Shown: in pieces, positions 1 through 11,600 of the stretch
Layout: each line of letters starts with the position of its first letter
Position numbering within the stretch: position 1 is the first letter of the stretch
Assembly: GCA_023213395.1 (NCBI GenBank)
Contig: CM041465.1
Location: 172,553,741 to 172,617,740, forward strand
DNA length: 64,000 bases
Direction of reading: 5' to 3'
Source: Cycas panzhihuaensis
Lineage: Eukaryota; Plantae; Cycadophyta
Notes under the pieces: generated by a model
Database searches by the model: none
Seen by the model: the letters and a program-made list of their open reading frames with translations, nothing else
Told to the model about the DNA's origin: nothing
Made by a program: the position numbers and the translations under genes

Positions 1-3000
1 CGCGATTTGGATGCCCTTTGGAGATCGTCAGTGACCAAGGTGCCCACTTCCTCAACCAAACGATTGAAGCATTAACAACCGCCTTCATGATTAGCCATCG
101 AAAATCAACTCCTTACTACCCCAGAGCCAATGGTCAAGCGGAGAGCTCGAACAAGATAATTGAAAACTGCTTACGAAAGATATGTGACATCGGCAGATCG
201 GATTGGGCCGAGAAGTTACCCTCCGTACTATGGGCCTTTCGTACGACATACAAAAGATCAGTTGGCCAGACCCCATTCCAGCTTGTATATGGCACGGAAG
301 CCATCCTTCCGACTGAGTTCGAGATACCCAGCTTACGAGTGGCAATACAATGTCGATTGGACGACCTCCAGTCCTTGGAACGACGACTGGAAGATTTAAT
401 ACGGTTGGAAGAGACACGACATCTAGCAAACTGGGTGCAACATATAGAAAAGCGACGACAAAAAGCGTGGCATGACCGCCATTTGCGGAAACCACAATTC
501 AGCAAAGGTGATCAAGTATTCTTTGTCTGACGACAAATTCAAAACGCACCGGGAAACTCAAGATGCGATGGTTGGGACCATACATCGGAAAGAATTTTCG
601 AGCGGATCGGTGCGGCCGAGATCGACGGACCTCTGCTACCAACACGGGTAAATGGTAGCAGACTCAAGCCTTACATTGAGTAGCCCAGCTTACCAGCAGG
701 ATCAGCTGGTTGTACTATAGCGTATTGCATGATGTTGAGGCAATCAATTGCCTTGATACCGAGCCATGATCCAGTTCGGTATGGATACAAAAATAGAAAA
801 AATTTTGGAAAAAACAAAAAAATAACCGTAACTCATTACTGATATAAGCAACAGCAGCATAATCTGAGAAAAATCAGAGGAAAATTCATCGGCATACAAG
901 CAAATTACGATTATGCACGTCTGAAAAAGGTATGTTACCAGTGCGTCACGATTGGAACAGTGATAAAAGTGAAAAATGCACTATACGTACCCAAGGAATT
1001 CACTAAAGTACGCATAGTTGAAAAAAGTGACTCAGAATTACACTATACGTGCACGAAAAGTGCACGCGACAGTGCACGCGTGTAAAGGATACTTAAGTGA
1101 CTGTTACATTATACGTACCAAAGAAAGTACGTAATCGAGTACGCATAATGGAAGTCTTTAACACTATACGTACCAAGGGCACGTATAAGACAAAATACGC
1201 AAAACGACAAATCATTACGTACCTGCGAACATTCCCGTGAGGTACGCAGAGCGGAACGGACTACGGCACGCAACGATTTGCTCTGCACGCATCACAAGCG
1301 CCAAAGCGGAAACGGCAAGCGTTCCTCGAGTGCGTACATGCGGTTCTCACTGCACGCTTTGGTTTCTTTCTTACCTCTGGAAATCCACAGCCATAATGAG
1401 GACAGCAGGGTGCCAAGAGGCATATATTCCCAAGCTCAAAACGGACCTCCAAGCCCTACCAATGCATTTCAAACAAGGGTTAAGCGGTGGAAGGATTATA
1501 TTTTTTGTAACCCTATGTATTATGACCCGGAATTAATGGACCAAATCCTAATGGCCCTAAAAGCAAAGAAGAAGGTTAAAATGGACGCAGATATAGTCCA
1601 TACTATCACTGGACTTCCAAAGGAGGGAGAGGTTCCATTGGGAACAAAAAGATCGGAGGTTGACAGGGAAATGTGGATGAGAGAGCTATGCCAGCCTAAC
1701 ACTCAAATAATGTCCGGCGGAATTAGGGTAGCTGACATTATCGACGACAGATTACAGTGGGTTGCCAAAGTGATTAATTCCAGATTTTTGTCAAAGAGAG
1801 TATACCTACATCCAGGGAGGCATGATGCAGGTACTATTAAAAATTCGGGATGGAGAAAGAATGAATTGGTCCGAATTTTTGTCAGAGAATATGCGGCAGC
1901 AGTTGCAGGAAATCCGGACACACCCTTTCCGCCATCCTTCATTGCTTTTGGCAATGTTATTTTATCAGTGTCCGGAAGTTCAATTAACCAGAACCACCAT
2001 CTCTCCTCGGGAACCAATCATCAAACAGTGGGTAGCAGAGTTCCCAGATACAACAACAAGCATGGAAGCTAAACGGAGAGTTCAGAAGCAAATGCAGAAG
2101 GTCCTTACCTGGTTACAAAAAACTCCAGGAACACCTATTCCTCACAGGACAAAGCAAGCTGTCCATCGTCACGGGAAGAGGAAGAAAGGGGAGGAGGAAA
2201 CAGAAGAAGAAGAGGAGGAAGAGGCAGAAGCATCTTGGGAAGAATGGGAAGACTTCCCAGCAGCAGCAGAGGTCGGAGAGCCCTCAGCACCTCCTACACC
2301 GCAGGACAAAGCAGGCCCAATCATTCAGATGATTCAGGATTTGGAGGCAGGGTATAAAGCAGAAATAGCGGCCCTTCAGGAGAAAATAAAGGAGAAGGAT
2401 GCCATTATTGCCACCCTGACACAAATAAATGAGGAAATTTTGGGAGGACCGAGGCAGCAGGAGCCGCCTTGAGACAGAGTGGGGGAGGGATACCCCGAAA
2501 TTTTGATTTTTTGGAGTTTTGTTGAGCAAGGATGCTCAAACCCATAACTGTTGACCCGGGATAGATGTTGGAGTCAAAAGTGACCCAATGGCTGTGTGAG
2601 GACCAGAGGTAGGTCAGATAACCTGAGTTGTGCAGGTACGGACCGTACGGAGGTACGCACGAGGCAAAACGGCAGAAAAACAAGCATTGCAGTGCGTATG
2701 GCGGTGCGTGCACTGAACGGGTACGCATGACAGGAACGTACCAGTGGCGGAACGGAACCAAGCGGCGGCGGTACGCACGACTCCAGGGGACCAGTGAAGA
2801 CCTGTGGAGGTGCCAGACGTACGTACGGACGTACGGACTCAAAGGAATAATTAATTAAGGCCAAACAAAGTGATTAAGTGAAGAGGTACGCATGACTGAA
2901 GGGGTACGGTTATGACGATCATAACCCTTCACCAAAAGGTACCCGACATGAGTACCTAAGGAGGTACGCATGATTCACACAGTTGGTTAGGTGAGAGCCG

Positions 3001-3308
3001 AATATCGTGAGTCCGCAAAGGTGCGAGAGGCAGTCGCATGGCCCAATTGGAGCATGAATGTATGATAAGTACCATCTGGCACGCATGTAACAGAAGGATC
3101 GATGTCTTTGGAATGCTCAGGAATGCATTCCAGCCTCTGTGTAAATGAACTGTTGAATTAATAAAAGGAAGAGTTACGTGGAAATTGATGTATGCGTGAT
3201 GTTGTGATGATGATTTGCTGAAGTATGTATTGATTTACATCTGCATGTACCATTCTGTGAATTATATATGGAATGCATGTGGAATATATGTGAATGACCA
3301 TGTTGACA
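1..3308 (+). mobile_element. 3' part of a non-chromovirus (Athila/Tat-like) Ty3/Gypsy element: integrase C-terminus, extra 3' ORF and probable 3' LTR (~2566-3308)
   Basis: Integrase core IVSDQGAHF...STPYYPRANGQAESSNK...W...LPSVLWAFRT (18-682, one frameshift near the end). A long spacer and extra ORF follow, then a purine tract at 2471-2490 and an LTR-like segment TGTTG...TGACA with AATAAA. LTR start is uncertain. Confidence 0.85.
1278..2472 (+). pseudogene. Additional retroelement ORF downstream of pol, split by one frameshift near 1800
   Basis: Overlapping ORFs 1278-2072 and 1822-2472 join into one plausible protein (DIVHTITGLPKEG...MNWSEFLSENM...poly-Glu, coiled-coil-like end). It stops at the purine tract. 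Confidence 0.65.
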
Positions 3309-3479
3309 GTATCCTGAAACTAGACTATAGCGCTGTGTAACCTTGACAAGTGCAGCAAAGGGTATCTCGTAAGTGTAACGAGGCCCCCAGCGAATTCAAC
3401 ATGGCAGAGACAAAGGTCTCTCTCAAATTTCACGAGAAACGGAGCTTGCTTCAACGAAATTCAAATTAACATGTGTTGG

Positions 3480-4630
3480 AGAGGCGCACGGCTAAATTGT
3501 AGTCAAGACGTTGGCCATACACTATCTAGGGTTTAGAAACCAGATTTAGAACTTCAGATCTCGATTTTTGAGATTAGATCACCCGCAAATAATGTCAATT
3601 TGAGGATACCTAGCTAGATTCAAGAGAAATGAGCGAAAAAACGTTAGTTTTTCAAGAAAAAATCACTGAAAACAGTGATAAATCTACTCAGTACTATTAG
3701 AAAATTGTTGCAGATCAGTTACAGGCCATAAAGGATAATCAAAAGATTGATTTACAGCAAAATGAGTAAACTCCTGAGATCTGCAAGAAATTCTTCAAAA
3801 AAATAATTTTTTAATGAAGGAAAAGACAGTGAAAAACACTATTTTCAACAATGTTTAACTGTTGCACCCACTGAATTCTGTCTGAAAATTTTTCAGATCT
3901 TGAAATGAGCCTCCTCCAGCCTGCAAGTAGCTTTAAAAAACTTGAATCTGCTGAAAATGAAGGCTAAACAAACCTTGGATCGCCTTCGAAGTGCGAAGGT
4001 CGTCACCAAGGGTTTGTAAACCCTAAATAGATCTCCTTAAAAACGAGAAATCAGAACAGAGAAGAACACCTTTCTATTGCTCTGATACCAAATGTTAGAA
4101 ATGGCATTCAACCTACAATAACCAGGATCTAGAAAGATGTGTTAATCTAGTTCTAGAATGAAGAAGATCAACACCAATAATAAAAGCTACTCAAATAAGC
4201 AAGACAATAGACCAAAGCATGAAAGAGCATGAGCAAGATGATACCAAAATATGGAGGAGATGGAATTGGTCCAATCTCCAAATGAATAACAATTTGATTA
4301 GCAAATTGGCAGCATAACAATACAACTCACACTCTACATGAGAAATGGTCTCAATATATAGAGTTACAGAAGAGACCTAAGGTGTTGGATGTATAACAAG
4401 TGTCAAACATCCAAGCTGCATCCTTTGCATGTAAGACATGTGTCCTTTTGGGCTCTCAAGTGAGCAAAAGTGCACAAGGGTCATTTTGACCCTTAAGTCA
4501 CAATATTATATCAATAGGAAAGAATGTGGGTGTGTACTTTATCACTTAAGTGATAAGGCACCCCATAAAGTACAAATAATATATGAACAATGAAGTATAT
4601 ATGCTTAACATGTCAACATAAGGTTTAACA
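3480..4630 (-). mobile_element. 5' LTR (4093-4630), tRNA-iMet PBS (4079-4090) and leader of an LTR element; same family as 23638-24950
   Basis: The minus strand reads TGTTAAACC...TTCTAACA-TT-TGGTATCAGAGC and aligns by eye along its length with 23638-24945 in reverse orientation. Confidence 0.9.
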
Positions 4631-7577
4631 TCTCATATAAATGTTTATGTCTATCACAACTGCAAAGTTACTCTTTTGGCATCTATTCTAAACTTTAGTT
4701 GTCAATGCAAGTTTTCCAACTCATTTTTCATGAAGATATATGTAAGTATCTTCACTAAATTATAGGCGGAAATTCCCTGTCGAGTAAGCACCACTACTAA
4801 TAGTCTCGTTCAGTATTTAGAATTTTGTTAGCTTAAGGTTTCTTATGACATTGTTTTCCCTATTATTGATATTGTAAACAAGTATTTCCAAATAATCTGG
4901 ATTGAGTAGGATGGTACTGACTAACAATCAACATGTGCTCTAAATCCACAATATAAATTTGTAAATCTAATAAGATTGTTCTATGGTTTGAATGGGAATC
5001 CTATTTTCTTATGATTGTCAAAACAAGGGATCCAATCATTAACGCATATCATAGGGATTTACCTTAAGTTTCTCTTTTCCCTACTGGGTTTTGGGGCTAG
5101 CCACAAAAGTTGATATCACATAGTTCAAGAAAAACTCATCCAACAAATTTTCAATCTTTGTTTAGTTTTTTCTTTTCCATTCATCGTCATTCAAGTTAAT
5201 CATATCTTTTCTTGCATCTGTTTGGAGAAGCACATTTAATTGTGTGTGTCTACCCGGTGTCATGTTAAATATGTGTGCTACAATAAATATTAGGTGTGAG
5301 ATAAATTTGTATTTTCTTGATTGCCCGCCTGTTACATAACTCATCTTGCTATGGTATGTAAAGCATTAATACGCGGTGAGCTACCATAAGGTTAAGTGAT
5401 AAGTTTAATTACAGAACTTGGTGCATGGGCCAATAAGCTAGCCAATGGAATGCAAGGCTGCTATGTTGTCCAATAGAATATAACACCACCTAGGCCACCA
5501 ATAGGATTGCATGGGAAAGACCCTCTTTTGTCTATATAAGGGTGGTGGATTGTAGAAGATGGTTAGCTCGATATTACTTTGTAAAAGATTGTACTACGAT
5601 ATTCTTCATTTGGTGATCAATTGACGCTCTTGTGCTTTTTGTGAGACTCTTTGATAATTTGTTTGTCCTTGTTGGTTTGAATAAAGTGGTTGTGAATTGC
5701 CATTTTTTTGTTATACCAAGGAACACCTGCAAGAAGAATCTTCTCACTACCCTTTTCTTTTTCTCCTACTTTTTTGTTGTTGTCAAGACAATATTGTTAT
5801 ATAGTAAAAAACACTACCAAATTACAACTACAAAGGGACAAAAAAAAAAAACTTAATGTAGACCATGGCAATATCCTTGCTTTAGCAAACCCATCCCTAC
5901 TCAATTCATACGAGCAGGACTATAGCTTCAGTATTGGCACATCCCACATTAAGTAGATTGTACTAATCGAACTTGTAGGGCTTTCCATACATTATTTGAA
6001 CTGATATGTTTATTGCCATCCTTATGCAACATGTGGAAATTAATAACGTAGTTGCAAGGTGTGACAATGTCCATACTTTGGGTGTCCACCCTAGTCCAAA
6101 TTATATGACTAGGACTATGCCCCAGACTCTAACACATTGCATACTTTCTAACTGGTACAAACAAATTTTGCAGATTATTTGTATTGCTCGCTTTATCAAA
6201 TGACATGTCAGCACAAATCTATTAAACCTACTTTAGCACATTCGTGATTGTCACCTGCATGAAAATTTCACCCAAAACCTTCTACCATAGCTTGTAATGT
6301 TCTTCATATTACATACTTCGAATGACCTCCATACCATTAATGTTACTCCCTCATCCTCTAGTTTGGTCTCAGTTGTAGGTGTTCCATACAAGTAGAAATC
6401 CATATATTCCAAATTTCTTTGGGGAATCCCTGGTATAGATGATCTTCAACGCTTAATGTCCAAAAATTGCCCATTGACAATTGGCATTCTAAGAAGTTCT
6501 AATGAGGATGAAACCCCTAGAAGGACGAAGGCATAAGGATTTTGCGATATGTTTTGCCCACAACATTTTACCTTGCAAGGTACCTCTGTGTGTTATTTTG
6601 ATGAAGTGTAGAATTTGTGATGATGGAGCAGGTCAAACCAATGTGAAGATATTTAAGATCAACATGCAGCTGGAAGACATGGTGTGTTAGATCATGTGAC
6701 AACAATGTTTTGGAGGCAAAATTTTTGACAGGTTCGCAACGCGGTTTCCCCCCTAAACTTCCTCAAGAGGATCCAAGGGGGGCTCGCCCCCTTTTACCGG
6801 GGGGTGCAGAGGGTGCTAAAACCCCCTCGCAAAGAGGGGGTTCAGGGGTGATAGCCCCCGACCCAAAAAGCTAGCACTGTAAAGCATATTAAATTGTAAA
6901 GAGAATCAGGGTCGTTCGTTCAAAATATCCCAAATTTGATGGTCGAGATTTGTGCCTTGTATGACTCTCTCATATAGTCCGATTTTGGGTGTTTTTTCAT
7001 TATGTTGACTGTATTCGATGTATTGGATGTATTGTATTGAGAAGAGGGGACTGCTTGTTATTGTTGTGAGCATTCAACTGCATATTATATACATTTTTCC
7101 ATTCTTGCATAATAAAGATCGATACCTTCCCTATGTGGATGTTTCCCTAACATACCGCTAGGGTTGTACCACGTTATATCGAGTGTATATATGATGCTTT
7201 GGCTTTCTGATTTATTTATTGTATTGTCTCTGGTTTAAGAACTTGCATGTAAAATTTTAGTTTCAGTTCCTAAAACTAGTTGCAAAATAGTTTAGATCTT
7301 GGTAGCAGTTTCTACTTATTGGGACCTAGTTTTCTCAACATGGTGGATGGTTATGTGAAAGGAAATAGCATTCTGCTCATCGTTGAAATAGCTTTGGACT
7401 ACAAGAAGAGTACGAACCACAATGTAGTCTTGGAATGTCATTGTCAATACTTGGATTTGCAAAGCAAGCTGATGGAAGATAAGGGGTGAAGCCCCGCTAG
7501 ACACCCTTTGTACAACCATTGGTGCATTTGCTATTTTTTTGTGTTATTCAAACAAATTAAGAAACTTGTCCAACCTA

Positions 7578-8617
7578 GCTCTAATACCAAATTGTAACAT
7601 CTTTTTCATCTGAACAAGGGTTTCTTAAACAAATATTGGGCTTCTGTACTTTGTATAATGGAAATATGATAAATAAAAATTAGAGTAGTATATTTTATTT
7701 TAAAAACAATGGTATTCTCTATTTTATCAATATGTATTATTTGAAAACAGTGGTGTGTTATGCACATTCAACATACAATGTAGAATAAGAAAATATTATG
7801 ATGTTTTCAAAATGTCTTGCATATTTTATTAATAGTTGCACAGTATTCATAGAATAAATAAACATTCTATTATAACTTGCAATGGTACATACCTGAATTA
7901 AGGATGCCAAGCAAGACATAGGCTAGGAGGAGGAGAGGTCTGCAGCAACAGATATTCGTGCATAAACCGGGCTTTGACAACCCTCAACACCAATGCCTAA
8001 ATTGGGTGGAAACCCAACCCCCCGCATACCAAATCTAGATTTAGGGCTGCTGTGGTGAGCAATCGCGTGACCTCCTTGTGGCTTCCGCTTTCTAAGGTTT
8101 CAACTAAGATCCAAAATCCCATCAAATTGGATTCATCCTAGTTCCAAGAATCCCAAGCTTGTTATCCTCCTCTCCTTCCTCTTCCAAATATATACATATT
8201 GTAGTTGGTCACTAAGAGGTATGACTCTTACTTTATGGTGTTCTTTCATAAATAAATAAATTAATCATTGATTAATGGATATTTACTCCATTTTAATTAA
8301 ATCTTCCTTTCTCCTATTTAAGGGAAATTAGGCATGTGATAGGAAATAAAGTGAAAAGTCACTAGTACGGTGAAGAGTCAAAAGTCACCTTAACCGTATG
8401 AAGTTAATAGCCGCTAGTAAGATGAAGAGTTCAGACTCATGCCTTGAGGGTCTTATAAATACCCCTTTTAGAAGTCATGACTTCCTCCACTATACATAGC
8501 CTCTTTTACACACCTAAGTTCAATATTACTATAGTAATACATAGTCCCACTTAGGATTATGATAAAAATACATAAACTTTTCGGTGAGGTATAATACTTT
8601 CTCCCCCCCCACCCCCC
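7578..8617 (-). mobile_element. Decayed ~1 kb Gypsy-type LTR (7593-8596) with PPT (8597-8617) on one side and PBS (7578-7589) on the other
   Basis: gctctaatacca-aat-TGTAACA at the left. ggtataata followed by the pyrimidine run ctttctccccccccacccccc at the right. Confidence 0.6.
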
Positions 8618-8676
8618 TTAGGGGGACCATTTCCCTCCATGATCCATGGACATAAATCATTTGCCTTTATAAATGT

Positions 8677-11600
8677 TGTAGCAAGCGAGCCAAATATAAT
8701 ACAGCAAACAGAAGCTTTATTCCTGACAAGTAATGATAGTATTCAAAGCATATCACAGTACTTCAAAATGGATTTCATACATTCACCGTAGATAACATGT
8801 ATTCACAGTAGTAAAACCCTTATCAATATGATTCAACAAAGATAACAACAACATAAATAGATAACAAATAATGATATTAATAAAACAATAACACCTGATA
8901 CAATGTCTAGCAATTGACGAACCCTCTGCAATGTGAGAGTGACCCTCCAACAGGCTCGAGGCCTTAATGGCACGAAGCCATCTCTCAATACTAGAATTCT
9001 CCAAGATTATTTACAACTGAGGGAGGGTTCTTCATTTATGGCCAACTTCTTAATTTTTCCTCCAAAAATTTAACTTCATAATAAAATAAAATAAATGATT
9101 CTTCTTTTAATTCTTTTAAAAATCGACTTCACCATAATAAATTCTCCATATAAAATTGACTTCTTTTATTTTAGGAACGCTACAATTCCCCTCCCCTTAA
9201 AATGATACTCTGCCCTCGAAGTATCAAGAATTTCTTGTAGCTTAGTCTAAACTTCCAACCACCACCTGCTAGATCCTGTAGGTCATGACAATTTGGCTCG
9301 ATCTTGCATCTTCTGTGGAGATTTGCTAGTACACATCTTGAATTTGCCGATGTTTGTTCTTGGGGCCAAGTACATGCTATATCCTGTTCTGCATCAAGAT
9401 GTTATAATTGATATGCTACTTCGCCAATTTTGGCCAAAACTTTATAAGGTCTAAAGAATATACGTTGTAACTTGTATAGATCTACTTGCTTTAAGTTGGT
9501 TTGTTTGTATGGTTGCAAACGAAGAAATGCCCAATCTCCTGGCACAGAAGTTCTTTCTGTTCTATAGACATCTACTTGTTCTTTCATTCTATTCCAGGCT
9601 AAATTCAAGCTATCCTTTAAACCACCAACGTTTGTTGCATTTGTTGTTGATATTCTTCAACTACCTAGAATTTGGAGGGTCTTGTCTAGTTCAAAATTGA
9701 GGGTGGTTCAAACACATATAGCGCTTGGAATTGAATCATCTTAGAAGCAATATGGTAGTGGTGTTATACCACCATTTGGCCAAATGAAGCCATTTATGCC
9801 ATTGGTGAGGTCTATTTGCAACAAAATTATGTAGGTAACCTTCAAGGCATTTATTGACCACCTCGGTTTGTCCATCAGTTTGTGGGTGATAGACTGTTCT
9901 CAAGTTTAATTTGGTACCTAGCAATTTGAATAATTCTTGCCAAACTTTGCTCATAAACTTAACATCTCAATCGCTAATAATTATTTTTGGAAAATCATGG
10001 AGGCAGTAGATTTCCTTGATAAATAATTCTGCTATCTGAAACGCCTTCGCAACTACTTATGTGTCCCGAAAATGGGCATATTTTGTCAATCAATCAACCA
10101 CTACAAAGATGGCATATTTCCCTTCTGATTTAGAAAGTCCTATGCTAAAATCCATGGATATCTCTTCCCACTTTTGCTCCAGAACATGCAGTGGTTAGAG
10201 TAAGCCAAGGATTTTTTGATTTTCACTTTTGTTCCCTTGGCAGACATCACATTTCGCTATGAACTTTTGTATTTTGGTTTTCATTCCTTTCTAGAAAAAA
10301 TTATCTCAAATATGTCGATAGGTTTTATCGATTTCAGTGTAGCCCCCAATCACGGAACAATGTGCTTCTTCTAGAATCTTTGTTTTTATTGCGGTGACTG
10401 CGAGAACTAGTACCTTCCCTTTCCTTAAGATTAGTTTCCCACGAAGACTATACTTGGTATAGTTTCACTTTTTGATCCCTTGTAAAGCTTCTTCAGATAG
10501 AGCGTTGTTGGTATAACTACGAACTAACTCTTTGATCCATTCAAAAGTGATTACAATAATGCTTAGCAAGGAAAATTGGTCATCTTCGTGATCTCCTATC
10601 GATACCCAGGATAAAGAGTCTACAATAACATTTTCTTTTCCTTTCTTGTAGATGATCGAGAAAACGAAGGCTCGTAGCTTGCTCACCCACTTTTGTTGCT
10701 CATCTGATAATGAAGCTTGGCCAAGAAAATATTTCAAGCTATCATGATCTGTTTTGACTATGAATTTGTTACCCAACAAATATTGCCGCCATTGATGTAT
10801 GGCATGCATGACAACTAACATTGCCTTGTCATAAATCAACTTGAGGCATTCACGGGTGTTATGTTTCCTACTTTCATATGCTAATAGACGCCCTTCTTGT
10901 AACAATATTGCTCATATTCCTAATCCCGATGCATCACATTCAATGGTGAATGGCTGGGAAAAGTTGGCCATTGCCAATACAAGAGCTTTGGTCATTGCCA
11001 TCTTGAGTTCCTGAAAAGCTCCTTCTGCCTCTTGAGTCTAGATAAATGCATCTTTCTTTGTCAAATCCATTAAAGAGTCAGCTATGTTTGTGTACCCTTT
11101 AATGAGACTTACATATGAACCCTGCTAGTCCCAAAAATCTGCAAACCCTAGTTATGTTTTTTGCAGTTGGCCAATTGATGATTGCTTCAATTTTTTTTGG
11201 GTCAACTTTTACCCCTTCTAGTGTGATGATATGACCCAGATATTCCAACTCCGTTTGACCAAATGCACATTTGTTCTTATTGGCGAATAATCGTTGTTGC
11301 ATAGTATGAATATGCTCCAGATGCTTCTGGCAAGATCTGTTATAAATCAAGATGTCAACAAAAAAAACCAGAACAAACTTCGATATATATGGCTTGAGAA
11401 TCTGATTCATGGTACTCTGAAAAGTTGCGAGAGCATTAGTTAATCTGACAGGCATTACTCGAAATTCAAATAATGCCTTGAGTACGAAATGTCATTTTGT
11501 GTGTATCTTTAGCCTTAATGCAAATATGATAATATTCAAACCGTAGGTCAATTTTAGAGAAATATCTTGCCCCATGTTATTCATCCAACAAATCGTCTAT

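Noticed and set aside
7886-8000. Minus-strand CAG|GTATG donor as a candidate next NOC1 exon
   Set aside because: The translation does not resemble the expected downstream NOC1 sequence and the site lies within an LTR.
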